From: Acidimicrobiia bacterium
Lineage (GTDB): Bacteria > Actinomycetota > Acidimicrobiia > UBA2766
NCBI GenBank assembly: GCA_046331095.1
Contig: JAXLRM010000004.1
Coordinates: 324,316-388,315, forward strand
Direction: 5' to 3'
Length of the DNA stretch: 64,000 bases
A model generated the notes under the pieces. The model saw only the letters and a list, made by a program, of their open reading frames with translations. It made no database searches and had not been told where the DNA came from. Made by a program: the position numbers and the translations under genes. Shown piece after piece: positions 32,600 to 41,491 of this stretch. Position 1 is the stretch's first letter, and each line of letters opens with the position of its first letter.

Positions 32600-33507
32600 G
32601 ACAGGAACTCCAGGACGAGATCGGCGACGCGTGCAGGTTGTTCGATGTGGACGAAGTGGCCCGCGTCCTCGAGGACCTCGAAGCGGGTGTCCGGCTGCGC
32701 GTACGGCTCGACGTCGCCGCGGCGGGTCTCCCAGCCGAGCACCTCCGCCTGGCCGGCGAGGACGGCTAGCAGCGGGCACGCCATCGTGGCGATCGAGCGC
32801 AGCGACCACTCCGGGCGCCACGGCCCGAAGCCCCCGAAGCGGAGCTGAGGGTCGATCTTCCAGCGCCACCCGTCGCTGTCGCGGCGCGCCCCCACCGACA
32901 CCAGGTACTCGAGCCAGGAGAGGTCGAGGCGAGGGTTCATGAGGTGGCGCCGTTGCGCCAGCTCGTGAGCAGTGCCCGGACGGCGCTGGCGCCCCGCGAC
33001 GCGCCGGCGGTGGTCGAGCCAGCCCGTGAGCTCCTCGTCGAGCATGCGCGTGCGCTCGGTCTCGGCGAGGTCGGGCATGCGGTTGCCCGAAGGGACGCCG
33101 TCGAGGTTGACGACCCGCGAGATCCTGTGGGGCCAGGTGTTGGCGAGACGCAGCATCATGGCGCCGCCCTTGGAGTGGCCGACGACTGGGACAGGCTCGG
33201 TCGTGGTCGCGTCGAGCACCATCGCTGCGTCGCGCAGGTCCGATTCCCACGAGTAGAGGGCGGCGTGTTCGCTGTCGCCGTGGCCGCGCTGGTCCCACGC
33301 GACGACACGCCAACCGGCGTCGGCGACGAGCGGGGCGAACACGTCGAAGGTGCGGGCGAAGTCGAAGCCGCCGTGCGCGAACAGGATCGGCGGCGCCTCG
33401 GCATCGCCCCACTCGACGACGGCGATCTCGACCCCGAACGCGTCCACCCGCCGGGTCCGGTCCGGCGCGTGTGCGCCCGGGTACGTGGGAGTCGGGGCGG
33501 TTGTCAT
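32596..33507 (-). CDS. alpha/beta hydrolase (intact catalytic motifs)
   Basis: FAHGG, WDQRGHGDS, nucleophile elbow GHSKGG and C-terminal DAGHFVHIEQP. ATG 33507. Confidence 0.88.
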   Translation of the reverse strand: MTTAPTPTYPGAHAPDRTRRVDAFGVEIAVVEWGDAEAPPILFAHGGFDFARTFDVFAPLVADAGWRVVAWDQRGHGDSEHAALYSWESDLRDAAMVLDATTTEPVPVVGHSKGGAMMLRLANTWPHRISRVVNLDGVPSGNRMPDLAETERTRMLDEELTGWLDHRRRVAGRQRRPGTAHELAQRRHLMNPRLDLSWLEYLVSVGARRDSDGWRWKIDPQLRFGGFGPWRPEWSLRSIATMACPLLAVLAGQAEVLGWETRRGDVEPYAQPDTRFEVLEDAGHFVHIEQPARVADLVLEFLS

Positions 33508-33620
33508 GGACTCGGGCGACGATAGCGATCGACCCCGCCCACGATCTGTTACCACTGGTCACCGAGGGTCAAGTACGGTAGCTCTCCGGTCGAAGCGGGA
33601 CGGCAGGGAGCGGGAGGCGC

Positions 33621-35099
33621 GTGGACGCGATCCTTCGGTACAGGACGAGGATCCAGGCCCATCCGCGCTACCGCTGGATCGTGCTCGCCACCGTCCTCTT
33701 CGGCCTCTTCGCGGTCGGGTTCAGCTTCACGATCCTCTCGACGGTCCTGCCCCAGATCGACTCCGAGTTCGGGGTCAACGAGTCCGTCAGCCACTGGGTC
33801 GTGACCGCGCCGATCCTCGTGTTCGGGATCGCGGGACCGATCGTCGGCAAGTTCGGCGACATCTACGGCGCCAAGCGCCCGTTCCTGATCGGGTTCGGGA
33901 TCGCGACGATCTTCCTGCTCCTCACCGGGTTTGCCTGGGACATCGGCTCGCTCATCCTGTTCCGGGTCGTCGCCGCCCTCGAAGGTGCCGCCACGGGTCC
34001 GTGCGCGGTGAAGTACATCGCGGCGCACTTCGATCCCGAGGAGAGGTCGAAGGCGTTCGGGTGGTTCAGCTTCGTGTCCGCGGGAGCGCCGACGCTCGGC
34101 CTCTTCGCGGGAGCCGCGATCGTGCCGGTCCTCGGCTGGCGTGCGATCTTCTTCATCCAGGCGCCGATGTGCGCCGTGGCGCTCCTCTTCGCATGGGTGA
34201 TCCTCGACGACACCGAGGCGCGTCCGGACGTGCGCGTGCACGTTCCCGGGGCGATCCTGTTGGGAGCGGCGGCGTTTTGCGGCCTGTTCGCCCTCAACCT
34301 CGGCGTCGCGTCCGGGTGGACGCGGACGCTCTACCTCATGGTGGCCGCCAACCCGGTCCTCCTGGCCGCGTTCGTGTGGAGCCAGAAGCGCACGGACCAT
34401 CCCCTGTTCCCGCTGCGCTACTTCCGCCGGCGCAACTTCACCTTGTCGCTGTTGTCCTCGACGCTGGTGAACTTCGCGTACCTGGGCGGCTTCATCATCG
34501 CCCCGTTCCTGCTCGCCGACCTCTTGGGCCTCGACCAGCGCCAGACCCTCGCGGTCCTCGTCTCGCGTCCGCTCGCGTTCACGGTCGTCGCGATCGGGGC
34601 CGGCTACGCCGTCGCGCGGGTCGGCGAGCGCGTCGGGGCGGTCTTCGGCGCAGCCGCGATCGCAACCGCGATGGTCATGCTCGCAGGCGTGGGGGAGTCC
34701 GGCCCGGTCGTCCTCGTGATCTGCGGGCTCGCCACCGCCGGAGTCGGTCTCGGGTTCTGCCAGCCGTCGTTGAACACCGCGAGCGTGAACGCCATGGACC
34801 TCGAGGATCAGGCCGTGGCCGGCGGGATGGCAGCGTCGGTCCAGTCGATCGGCGCCGCCCTCGGCAACGTCGTCCTGGTGGGCATCGTCCGTTCGGGTCT
34901 GCCCCCCGGCACGACGACGGCCGACGCGGCCCCGTCGGTGCTGCGTTCCGCGTTCGGCGAGGCCTATCTCGTAGGCGCGATCGTCGCCCTCGCGGCGGTC
35001 CTGGTCTCGGTGGGCATCCGCCGCACTCCCCGTACGGTGGCAGAGGCGGAGCCGCACCTCCCCGACGTGGAGGTGGTCGAGACCGGTGAGCTGATCTGA
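33621..35099 (+). CDS. MFS transporter, 14-TM drug:H+ antiporter-like
   Basis: 492 aa with an MFS motif GKFGDIYGAKRPF. GTG 33621 follows GGGAGG. Confidence 0.85.
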   Translation: MDAILRYRTRIQAHPRYRWIVLATVLFGLFAVGFSFTILSTVLPQIDSEFGVNESVSHWVVTAPILVFGIAGPIVGKFGDIYGAKRPFLIGFGIATIFLLLTGFAWDIGSLILFRVVAALEGAATGPCAVKYIAAHFDPEERSKAFGWFSFVSAGAPTLGLFAGAAIVPVLGWRAIFFIQAPMCAVALLFAWVILDDTEARPDVRVHVPGAILLGAAAFCGLFALNLGVASGWTRTLYLMVAANPVLLAAFVWSQKRTDHPLFPLRYFRRRNFTLSLLSSTLVNFAYLGGFIIAPFLLADLLGLDQRQTLAVLVSRPLAFTVVAIGAGYAVARVGERVGAVFGAAAIATAMVMLAGVGESGPVVLVICGLATAGVGLGFCQPSLNTASVNAMDLEDQAVAGGMAASVQSIGAALGNVVLVGIVRSGLPPGTTTADAAPSVLRSAFGEAYLVGAIVALAAVLVSVGIRRTPRTVAEAEPHLPDVEVVETGELI

Positions 35100-35106
35100 C
35101 CTCGGC

Positions 35107-36879
35107 TCAGCTCGGAGCCACGTCGAGGCGGGCGAGACGGCGTGTCAGGCTCGGACTGACGCGGGCGAGGGCGGCCATGACGACAGCTTCGGGCGAGACC
35201 GGCACCACGGCGGCACCGGACTCCGCGGCGCGCACGATCGCTGCCGCGACACGGTCGGGCGTGAACCCGCGGCGTCGGTACATCGCCGAGAGGGCGGCGC
35301 GTCTGCGGGCCTCGTCGTCGGCATCGGTGCCGACGAAGTGGGTCGTGCGCGTGATGTCGGTGTCGATGACGCCGGGGCAGATCGCCGAGACGGTGATCGA
35401 CTCGCCTGCGAGCTCGGCGCGCAGGCACTCGCTGAGCATGAGCACAGCGGCTTTCGTCGTCGCGTACGCGGGGTATGCCCGGGACGGCATGTACGCGGCC
35501 GCCGATGCCACGTTGACGATCGCGCCACCCTGTCCACGTTCGGTCATCTGCGTGCCGAACAGGCGCGAGCCGTGGATCACACCCCAGAGGTTGACGCCGA
35601 GCACACGCTCCCAGTCCTGCACGGACGTGGCCAGGGCGGGGCCGGCCATCCCGATACCTGCGTTGTTGACGACGACATCCGGCGCGCCGTGGTCGGACTC
35701 GACCGCCTTGGCGAAGCGTTCCATCGCTTCGGCGTCGGAGACGTCGACGGTGTAGGCGTGCGCCGGCGGCCCGAGTTCTGCGCACACCTCCGCCGTGCGG
35801 ACGGACGCACCTTCGTCGATGTCGGCAGCGATCACGGTGGCACCACGCTCGGCGAACGCGAACGCGCTCTGACGGCCGATACCGGACCCCGCGCCCGTGA
35901 CGACGACCACGCGCGGCTCGGCGCCGCGGGCGCGGCAGCGGCGCAGCGCGGCAGGCTCACGCCCGCCTTCGACGTGGTCGACGAGTTCGGTGATCCAGAG
36001 CGCGACCTTGTCGGGACGGCTGCGGGCCAGCCAGTGCCCGCCGGCGACCTCGCGGCACCACAGGCGTGACGCCCAAGGCTCGGCAGCGCGCGCCATCGCG
36101 GGTGTCACGAACGGGTCATCGCGAGCGATCACGACTTGCACGGGCACGTCGGTGCGGCGTTCGGCAGGATGACGGAAGGCAGATCGCACGTTCTGGCGGT
36201 ACAGCTCGACTCCGCGCGTTGCGTCGTCGGCGAGGCAGGGTCCGGGCCAGCGTGCGTCGACGGCGGCTCCCTCGACGCGGCGCAGGTAGGCGGGCCAGCC
36301 GTGCGCGAGGACGCCACGCCACAGGACCGGGACGAAGCCGGGGGTGTGCATCGCGGCGACGTAGGTGGAGCGCACGGCCTGCAGGGCGAGCTCACGTGCC
36401 GGTCGCAGTCCGGGACGCATGCTGGCCCGGATCCACCGGCCCACGTGGTCGAGGCACGGCCCCGACATCGACGTGAAGCTCGCCGCGCGACCGGCGAGGC
36501 GGTCACCGCAGACGGCGGCCCAGGACTGGATCGAGCCCCAGTCGTGCCCGACGAGGTGCACGGGCGCGTCGGGGCTGGTCGCGTCCACAACTGCGGCCAG
36601 GTCGGCCTCGAGGTGCTCCATCGCGTAGCCCGACCGATCGCGTGGCGCGTCCGAGGCTCCCGCGCCGCGAACGTCGTAGGTGACCACGTGGAAGCGCTCC
36701 CCCAGGAGCGGGGCGACGAGATCCCAGACCGCCTGGGTGTCGGGGTAGCCGTGCACGAGCACGATCGTCGGCGCCGACGGGTCGCCACGCTCGGTGACGG
36801 CGAGGTCGACACCGTCGCCTGCGACACGGGAGGTCTGCACGGCGTGGCCCGTGGTAGTGGTGTCCATCGGGACGACCAT
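35107..36879 (-). CDS. bifunctional alpha/beta (epoxide-type) hydrolase - SDR fusion, EphD-like
   Basis: N-terminal VLVHGYPD...VHLVGHDWGS (Asp nucleophile type). C-terminal TGAGSGIG, NNAG and YATTK. The start is ATG 36879 or 36867. Confidence 0.85.
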   Translation of the reverse strand: MVVPMDTTTTGHAVQTSRVAGDGVDLAVTERGDPSAPTIVLVHGYPDTQAVWDLVAPLLGERFHVVTYDVRGAGASDAPRDRSGYAMEHLEADLAAVVDATSPDAPVHLVGHDWGSIQSWAAVCGDRLAGRAASFTSMSGPCLDHVGRWIRASMRPGLRPARELALQAVRSTYVAAMHTPGFVPVLWRGVLAHGWPAYLRRVEGAAVDARWPGPCLADDATRGVELYRQNVRSAFRHPAERRTDVPVQVVIARDDPFVTPAMARAAEPWASRLWCREVAGGHWLARSRPDKVALWITELVDHVEGGREPAALRRCRARGAEPRVVVVTGAGSGIGRQSAFAFAERGATVIAADIDEGASVRTAEVCAELGPPAHAYTVDVSDAEAMERFAKAVESDHGAPDVVVNNAGIGMAGPALATSVQDWERVLGVNLWGVIHGSRLFGTQMTERGQGGAIVNVASAAAYMPSRAYPAYATTKAAVLMLSECLRAELAGESITVSAICPGVIDTDITRTTHFVGTDADDEARRRAALSAMYRRRGFTPDRVAAAIVRAAESGAAVVPVSPEAVVMAALARVSPSLTRRLARLDVAPS

Positions 36880-36910
36880 ACCGGGGACGAGCGGTCTCGC
36901 CGATGCCGGT

Positions 36911-37456
36911 TCACTGGCGTAGGTGCAGCGGCCTGGCGCCCGAGATCCGCACGAGCGCGATCGCGGCGCAGAAGACGACCAGACCCACCAAGGCCGTAAC
37001 CACCACGAGGGAGAGCGTGCCGAGGCCGTAGGTGGCGCCGCCGTCACTCGGGAACACGACGGAGTCGGTCGAGGTGCTCGCCCCCGACACCTTCCAGGTC
37101 CCGTCCGCGAGCGTCGCGGTGAGCGTGAACTGCGCGGGATCGTCGGCGCCGTGCGCCCAGACCCGAATGGGCACCGTCGCAGTGTCGCCGGACACGGTGG
37201 CCGGTCCGATCTCGAAGCGGTCGAGGTGTTTGCGGTCGGTTGTGCCGCCTCCGCTGATCTCGAAGCCGAGCACCGCGGCGGCGGCCTCGGTCGCGCCGTA
37301 CTTGGCGATCGCGCCAGTGTCGGTGTCGCGGCTGATCGCCGCGAGCCAGCGTTCGGTCGGGCCCTCGGGCCGGTTGGTCGCGTACGCGGCGACGAGGGCG
37401 ACCACGGCCGCGAACAGGACGGTCAGGATCGCGAGGGAGGCGAGGAGGCGCTTCAC
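36911..37456 (-). CDS. hypothetical protein with N- and C-terminal TM anchors
   Basis: 181 aa. GTG 37456 forms a GTGA overlap with the MFS stop. The sequence between the two hydrophobic ends looks like a soluble domain. Confidence 0.55.
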   Translation of the reverse strand: MKRLLASLAILTVLFAAVVALVAAYATNRPEGPTERWLAAISRDTDTGAIAKYGATEAAAAVLGFEISGGGTTDRKHLDRFEIGPATVSGDTATVPIRVWAHGADDPAQFTLTATLADGTWKVSGASTSTDSVVFPSDGGATYGLGTLSLVVVTALVGLVVFCAAIALVRISGARPLHLRQ

Positions 37457-38751
37457 GACTGCACGCCCTCGAGCTCGGAGAGGTCGACGCCGCGGGTCTC
37501 GGGCAGGTACTGCCAGACCAGATAGGCCGAGACCAGGAGCAGGATCATGAGCACCGACTCGGCGTCGCCGAGGCTGTGCAGCGCCCCGGAGCCGTGGTCG
37601 CCGAGGACGCCCACGAGCACCGGGCCCAACAGCAGCCCCGGGATCTCGAACGCGTTGCGGGCCCAACTCGCAGCCGTTGACCGCATCCGGGTGGGGAACA
37701 GCTCCGTGTAGAACGCGTTCATAGCGGGCGCGACACCGAGGCCGAAGAACACCGCGAGGACGACGAACAGCGCCTGCCAGAAGACCCCGCGGGTCTGGAA
37801 CAGCAGTGTCCCGAAGACCCACGTGAGCGTCATGTACGTGATCGCAACCGGTTTGCGCCCGAGCGAGTCGATCAGCCGCCCGGCGACGTAGTGGCCCATG
37901 ATCCCGAGTCCGTACGCGCCGACGATGAGCAGCAGCGAGATCGTCGCGGGTACGCCGATCTCGTTCTGTGCGTAGATGATCCACCAGGCGGTCGCCGCGA
38001 AGACCGGGAACGAGCGCAGGAACGTGACGACGGCGAGGACCGCCATGTGCTCGCGCCACGGGTGCTGCCACGGGTCCATGATCCCCGGACGCCCGTCGCC
38101 GAGGAGTCCCTCGGTGCGGGCGACGTACATGCGTGTCTCGCGCATCCGGCGCCTGAGCACGGCGAGCACCATGAGCGGGACGAGGCCGACGAGGTACAGC
38201 GCCCGCCACTCGATCGGGGTCTTGTCGATGCCTGCCAGGATGAGGATCGGGACGAGGATCGAGCCCGCGGCGTGGGTGAGGGAGAACTTGCCCAGGGCCG
38301 TGCCGCGGGTCGTGGAGGGGAACTCCTCGCTGATCATCGTGACCGACACCGCGTACTCGGCCCCGATGAAGATCTCCGCGCAGAACTGGGCGAGCGTGAA
38401 CCAGTACACGTTGGGCGAGAACGCCGTGAGGGCCGTGAACACCGTGAACCCGGCCACGGACCAGACGAGGATCTTGCGGCGCCCGACACGATCGGACGCC
38501 TGCGCCACGAAGAACGCGAGCACCGCGCCGAGCTTGATGCCGAAACGCACGGCGGCGAGCCCCGACTCGCTCAGCGCGAACGTGTCGAGGAGTCCTGGGC
38601 CGATGATGTCGAGGATCGCGCCGTCGTAGCCGTCGAAGATGGCTGCGCTGACGAGCAGCGCGAGTAGCACGCGCAGGTAGGCGGGGTCGTCCCCGCGCGT
38701 CAGGTCGGGGGGGACGCCGCCCCCTGTTCCCCCTGTGTGCACCTCGGCCAT
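37453..38751 (-). CDS. MFS transporter (metabolite:H+ symporter-like)
   Basis: 432 aa, 12-TM pattern and SDRVGRRK loop motif. Confidence 0.85.
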   Translation of the reverse strand: MAEVHTGGTGGGVPPDLTRGDDPAYLRVLLALLVSAAIFDGYDGAILDIIGPGLLDTFALSESGLAAVRFGIKLGAVLAFFVAQASDRVGRRKILVWSVAGFTVFTALTAFSPNVYWFTLAQFCAEIFIGAEYAVSVTMISEEFPSTTRGTALGKFSLTHAAGSILVPILILAGIDKTPIEWRALYLVGLVPLMVLAVLRRRMRETRMYVARTEGLLGDGRPGIMDPWQHPWREHMAVLAVVTFLRSFPVFAATAWWIIYAQNEIGVPATISLLLIVGAYGLGIMGHYVAGRLIDSLGRKPVAITYMTLTWVFGTLLFQTRGVFWQALFVVLAVFFGLGVAPAMNAFYTELFPTRMRSTAASWARNAFEIPGLLLGPVLVGVLGDHGSGALHSLGDAESVLMILLLVSAYLVWQYLPETRGVDLSELEGVQS

Positions 38752-38906
38752 CTAGCCCCCGGTGTGAGCCCGCCGCCGCTCGGCCGATGCTACCGACGCG
38801 ATCCGCGAGTCCGGACGAGGCCGGCCAGGGGGTTGGAGCACGTCCGTGCCGGAAGAACGAGGCCGGAGCCCCGTCGTGCCGTTTTCGGCGCTGCCGTGCT
38901 CCAAGC

Positions 38907-38943
38907 GGTGACATGGCACGCGCATGCGCGAGGCGGTGTCACC
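38907..38943 (-). terminator. candidate hairpin at the 3' end of the flavodoxin-like gene
   Basis: GGTGACA (38907-38913) pairs with TGTCACC (38937-38943) and encloses the perfect 12-bp palindrome CGCGCATGCGCG (38919-38930). The 3' arm overlaps the stop codon. There is no U-tract. Confidence 0.3.
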
Positions 38944-39688
38944 GATAGTCGGGGTTGGGGAAGTCGAAGCGGCAGCCGGCGTCCCACTGGGAGCGTTGGT
39001 TGCCGTGGGCGGGTATCCCGCCGGCGTCCTTCAGCATCCGTGCCATGTGGAGCAGGTTCCACGTCATGAACGTCGTGTTGCGGTTCGTGAAGTCGTTCTC
39101 GGGGCCCCCCGAGCCCGGGTCGAGGTAGGACGGCCCCGGACCGGCCTCGCCGATCCAACCGGCGTCGGCCTGGGGTGGGATCGCGTAACCGAGGTGCTGC
39201 AAGGAGTAGAGGACGTTCATGGCGCAGTGCTTGACGCCGTCCTCGTTGCCTGTGACGAGGCAGCCGCCCACGCGCCCGTAGTAGGCGTATTGGCCTGCGT
39301 CGTTGAGCAGGTGCGAGCCTCCGTAGAGGCGCTCGACGACCTTCGTGCACACAGACGACTTCTCGCCGAGCCAGATCGGCGTGCACAGGACGAGGATCTC
39401 CGCCGACATGACCTTCTCGAAGATCGGCGGCCAGTCGTCGCGCTCCCAGCCGTGCTCGGTCATGTCCGGCCACACGCCCGTGGCGATGTCGTGGTCGACC
39501 GCGCGGATCATCTCGACGGACACGCCCTGGCGGCGCATGATCTCCATCGAGGCGGCGGCGAGGCCCTCGGTGTTGGAGACCTCGGGGGAGCGCTTCAGCG
39601 TGCAGTTGACGAAGACGGCGCCGAGGTCGCCGAAGTCCCCTGTGCTCTGCTCGCAGAGCTGCTCCTGTCTCGGCGTGAGCGTCGTCAT
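38939..39688 (-). CDS. flavodoxin-like-fold NAD(P)H-dependent FMN reductase family protein
   Basis: AVFVNCTLKRSP...ILVLCTPIWLGEKSS pattern typical of the family. Confidence 0.65.
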   Translation of the reverse strand: MTTLTPRQEQLCEQSTGDFGDLGAVFVNCTLKRSPEVSNTEGLAAASMEIMRRQGVSVEMIRAVDHDIATGVWPDMTEHGWERDDWPPIFEKVMSAEILVLCTPIWLGEKSSVCTKVVERLYGGSHLLNDAGQYAYYGRVGGCLVTGNEDGVKHCAMNVLYSLQHLGYAIPPQADAGWIGEAGPGPSYLDPGSGGPENDFTNRNTTFMTWNLLHMARMLKDAGGIPAHGNQRSQWDAGCRFDFPNPDYR

Positions 39689-39741
39689 CGCGCGGTCCTC
39701 CGGGTGGCGTCAGCGGACGGCGCGCAATCTAACCGGCACGC

Positions 39742-40377
39742 TCAGCCCGCGCTCTCGAACATCGTCTTCATCCCGAGCTCCGCCGCCTCACGTCCGCCCT
39801 TGAACGCGAACGAGATCGCGAAGACCGTGTCGCAGGGCGCCCCGAAGGAGATCGCGCTCTGGAGCTGGGTCTTGGGGAAGGTGAGCGTGGTCACGTCGAC
39901 GCCGTCGATGGTGGTCTGGTCGACCTGGGTGTCGGGCTGGTCCTTCATCTGTTCGAGCTGGTCCGGAGTCGAGGCAACACCCTGGCCGACTCCGGCGACC
40001 ATGATGATGTCGGGCAGTCTCTGGGTCGGGTCGTCGGCGGGGATCGGCGTGCCGTCGGGTCGCGTCGGCGCCGGCTCGGTGTCGCTCGCAGGTGGCGCAG
40101 TCCGGGACGGATCGACCACGTGGGAGACCACGCCGCTCGCGATCGAGTCGACGCCCTCCTGCTGCAACGACGACTCGAGCTGTTCGGTCACGTCGTTCTT
40201 GCGCTCGACGTCCTGGCCGGCGACCTGTGCCGGGATGTAGTCCTCGGCGTTCGCAGTGCAAGCGACCGGGCCTCCACCGGAGGACGAGTTGGCGTCGCCT
40301 CCGCAAGCGGCGAGTACGAGAGCGGCAACCGCCACCGCCACCGTGGTGGCGAGGCGTGTCGGAGTCGAACGGGTCAT
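39742..40377 (-). CDS. lipoprotein, unknown function
   Basis: Signal peptide with lipobox LVLAAC. Paralogue of the upstream gene. Confidence 0.7.
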   Translation of the reverse strand: MTRSTPTRLATTVAVAVAALVLAACGGDANSSSGGGPVACTANAEDYIPAQVAGQDVERKNDVTEQLESSLQQEGVDSIASGVVSHVVDPSRTAPPASDTEPAPTRPDGTPIPADDPTQRLPDIIMVAGVGQGVASTPDQLEQMKDQPDTQVDQTTIDGVDVTTLTFPKTQLQSAISFGAPCDTVFAISFAFKGGREAAELGMKTMFESAG

Positions 40378-41138
40378 TGCTTCCCTCTCTCGAGTGCGGC
40401 GCGGGCCATGTCCTCGGCGGCGTTCCTGCCGCCCGAGAAGCTCATGGCGACGATCGCGACGTCCTCCCGGGGTGACGCGATAGCGGTCCAGACCTCGGTG
40501 AACGTGTCGTCGTCGACGCGGACCAGGCGCACGTCGACGCCGTCGGCGTCGACGACGGTGTCCTCGCGCACGGCGGGATCGTCGGCGAAGGAGTCCATGA
40601 GACCGCTTGCACCGTCGCCGCCGAGGACGAGGACGACCGACTGCGGCGGCAGGCGCGGACCCTGTGGGACCATCCCGGTGGCGACGTCGAAGTCGGCGCC
40701 CTCCAGGCCCCGCGCCGACGTGAAGCGCTTGGCGATCTCCCCTAGCACGGGCGTGTTCGTGCGCACGTCGCGCCCGTCGACCTGGGCGGGTACGTAATCC
40801 TGTGGCGCGGCGGAATAGCCGCTCAGGTCGCCGTTGGTGCCGCTCCCGGACGTGGCGACGTAGTAGATCGCGACGAGGAGGGCAACCACGACTAGGACAC
40901 CGCCGGTCACGATCGCCACCCTCAGGATCGTGCGTTTGCGACTGTCGCGCTCGGTGGACCTCGCCGTCGCCGCGTCCGCCTCGGCGCGGCCGGCAAGCGG
41001 CACCACGGGGCCCGGGGCGGCCGTGGAAGGCCCGAGCACGGGCGCGGGCGACACCGTCCCGTTGGGACGTGACGGCGGAGCTGGAGGGGCGGGGGCCGAG
41101 CGGCTGAAGGACCAGTCGGGCGCGTCGGGCATCGTCAC
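40374..41138 (-). CDS. membrane-anchored paralogue of the downstream lipoprotein
   Basis: Pro-rich N-terminus and one TM segment. Shares blocks with the lipoprotein (DY[IV]PAQV.G.DV; [AM]SF..GGR.AAE). ATGA overlap with the lipoprotein gene. Confidence 0.65.
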   Translation of the reverse strand: MTMPDAPDWSFSRSAPAPPAPPSRPNGTVSPAPVLGPSTAAPGPVVPLAGRAEADAATARSTERDSRKRTILRVAIVTGGVLVVVALLVAIYYVATSGSGTNGDLSGYSAAPQDYVPAQVDGRDVRTNTPVLGEIAKRFTSARGLEGADFDVATGMVPQGPRLPPQSVVLVLGGDGASGLMDSFADDPAVREDTVVDADGVDVRLVRVDDDTFTEVWTAIASPREDVAIVAMSFSGGRNAAEDMARAALERGKQ

Positions 41139-41193
41139 GAGGCTACGCGCGTGCGGGAACGGTGCAGTCCAGACCTCCTGTTACCTTGTTGCC

Positions 41194-41490
41194 GTGCGGA
41201 TCAGCAGAGACGACGTCCTACGAGTCGCCCACCTCGCCCGGCTCGATCTCGACGACGACGAGGTCGAGACCTTCACCGCGCAGCTCGGCGACATCCTCGA
41301 ACACGCAGCACGTGTGGACGCCCTCGACACGTCAGCGGTGGAGCCGACAGCGCACCCGGTCCCGCTCGCGAACGTCCTCCGGCGCGACGAGAGGGGCCCC
41401 ACCCTCGATCGTGACGCGGTGCTGGCGCAGGCTCCCGCGGTCGAGAGCGGATACTTCCGCGTGCCCCGCATCCTCGACCCGGGGGCCTGA
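41194..41490 (+). CDS. gatC: Asp/Glu-tRNA amidotransferase subunit C
   Basis: VRISRDDVLRVAHLARLDLDDDEVETFTAQLGDILEH. GTG start at 41194. Confidence 0.9.
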   Translation: MRISRDDVLRVAHLARLDLDDDEVETFTAQLGDILEHAARVDALDTSAVEPTAHPVPLANVLRRDERGPTLDRDAVLAQAPAVESGYFRVPRILDPGA

Positions 41491-41491
41491 G

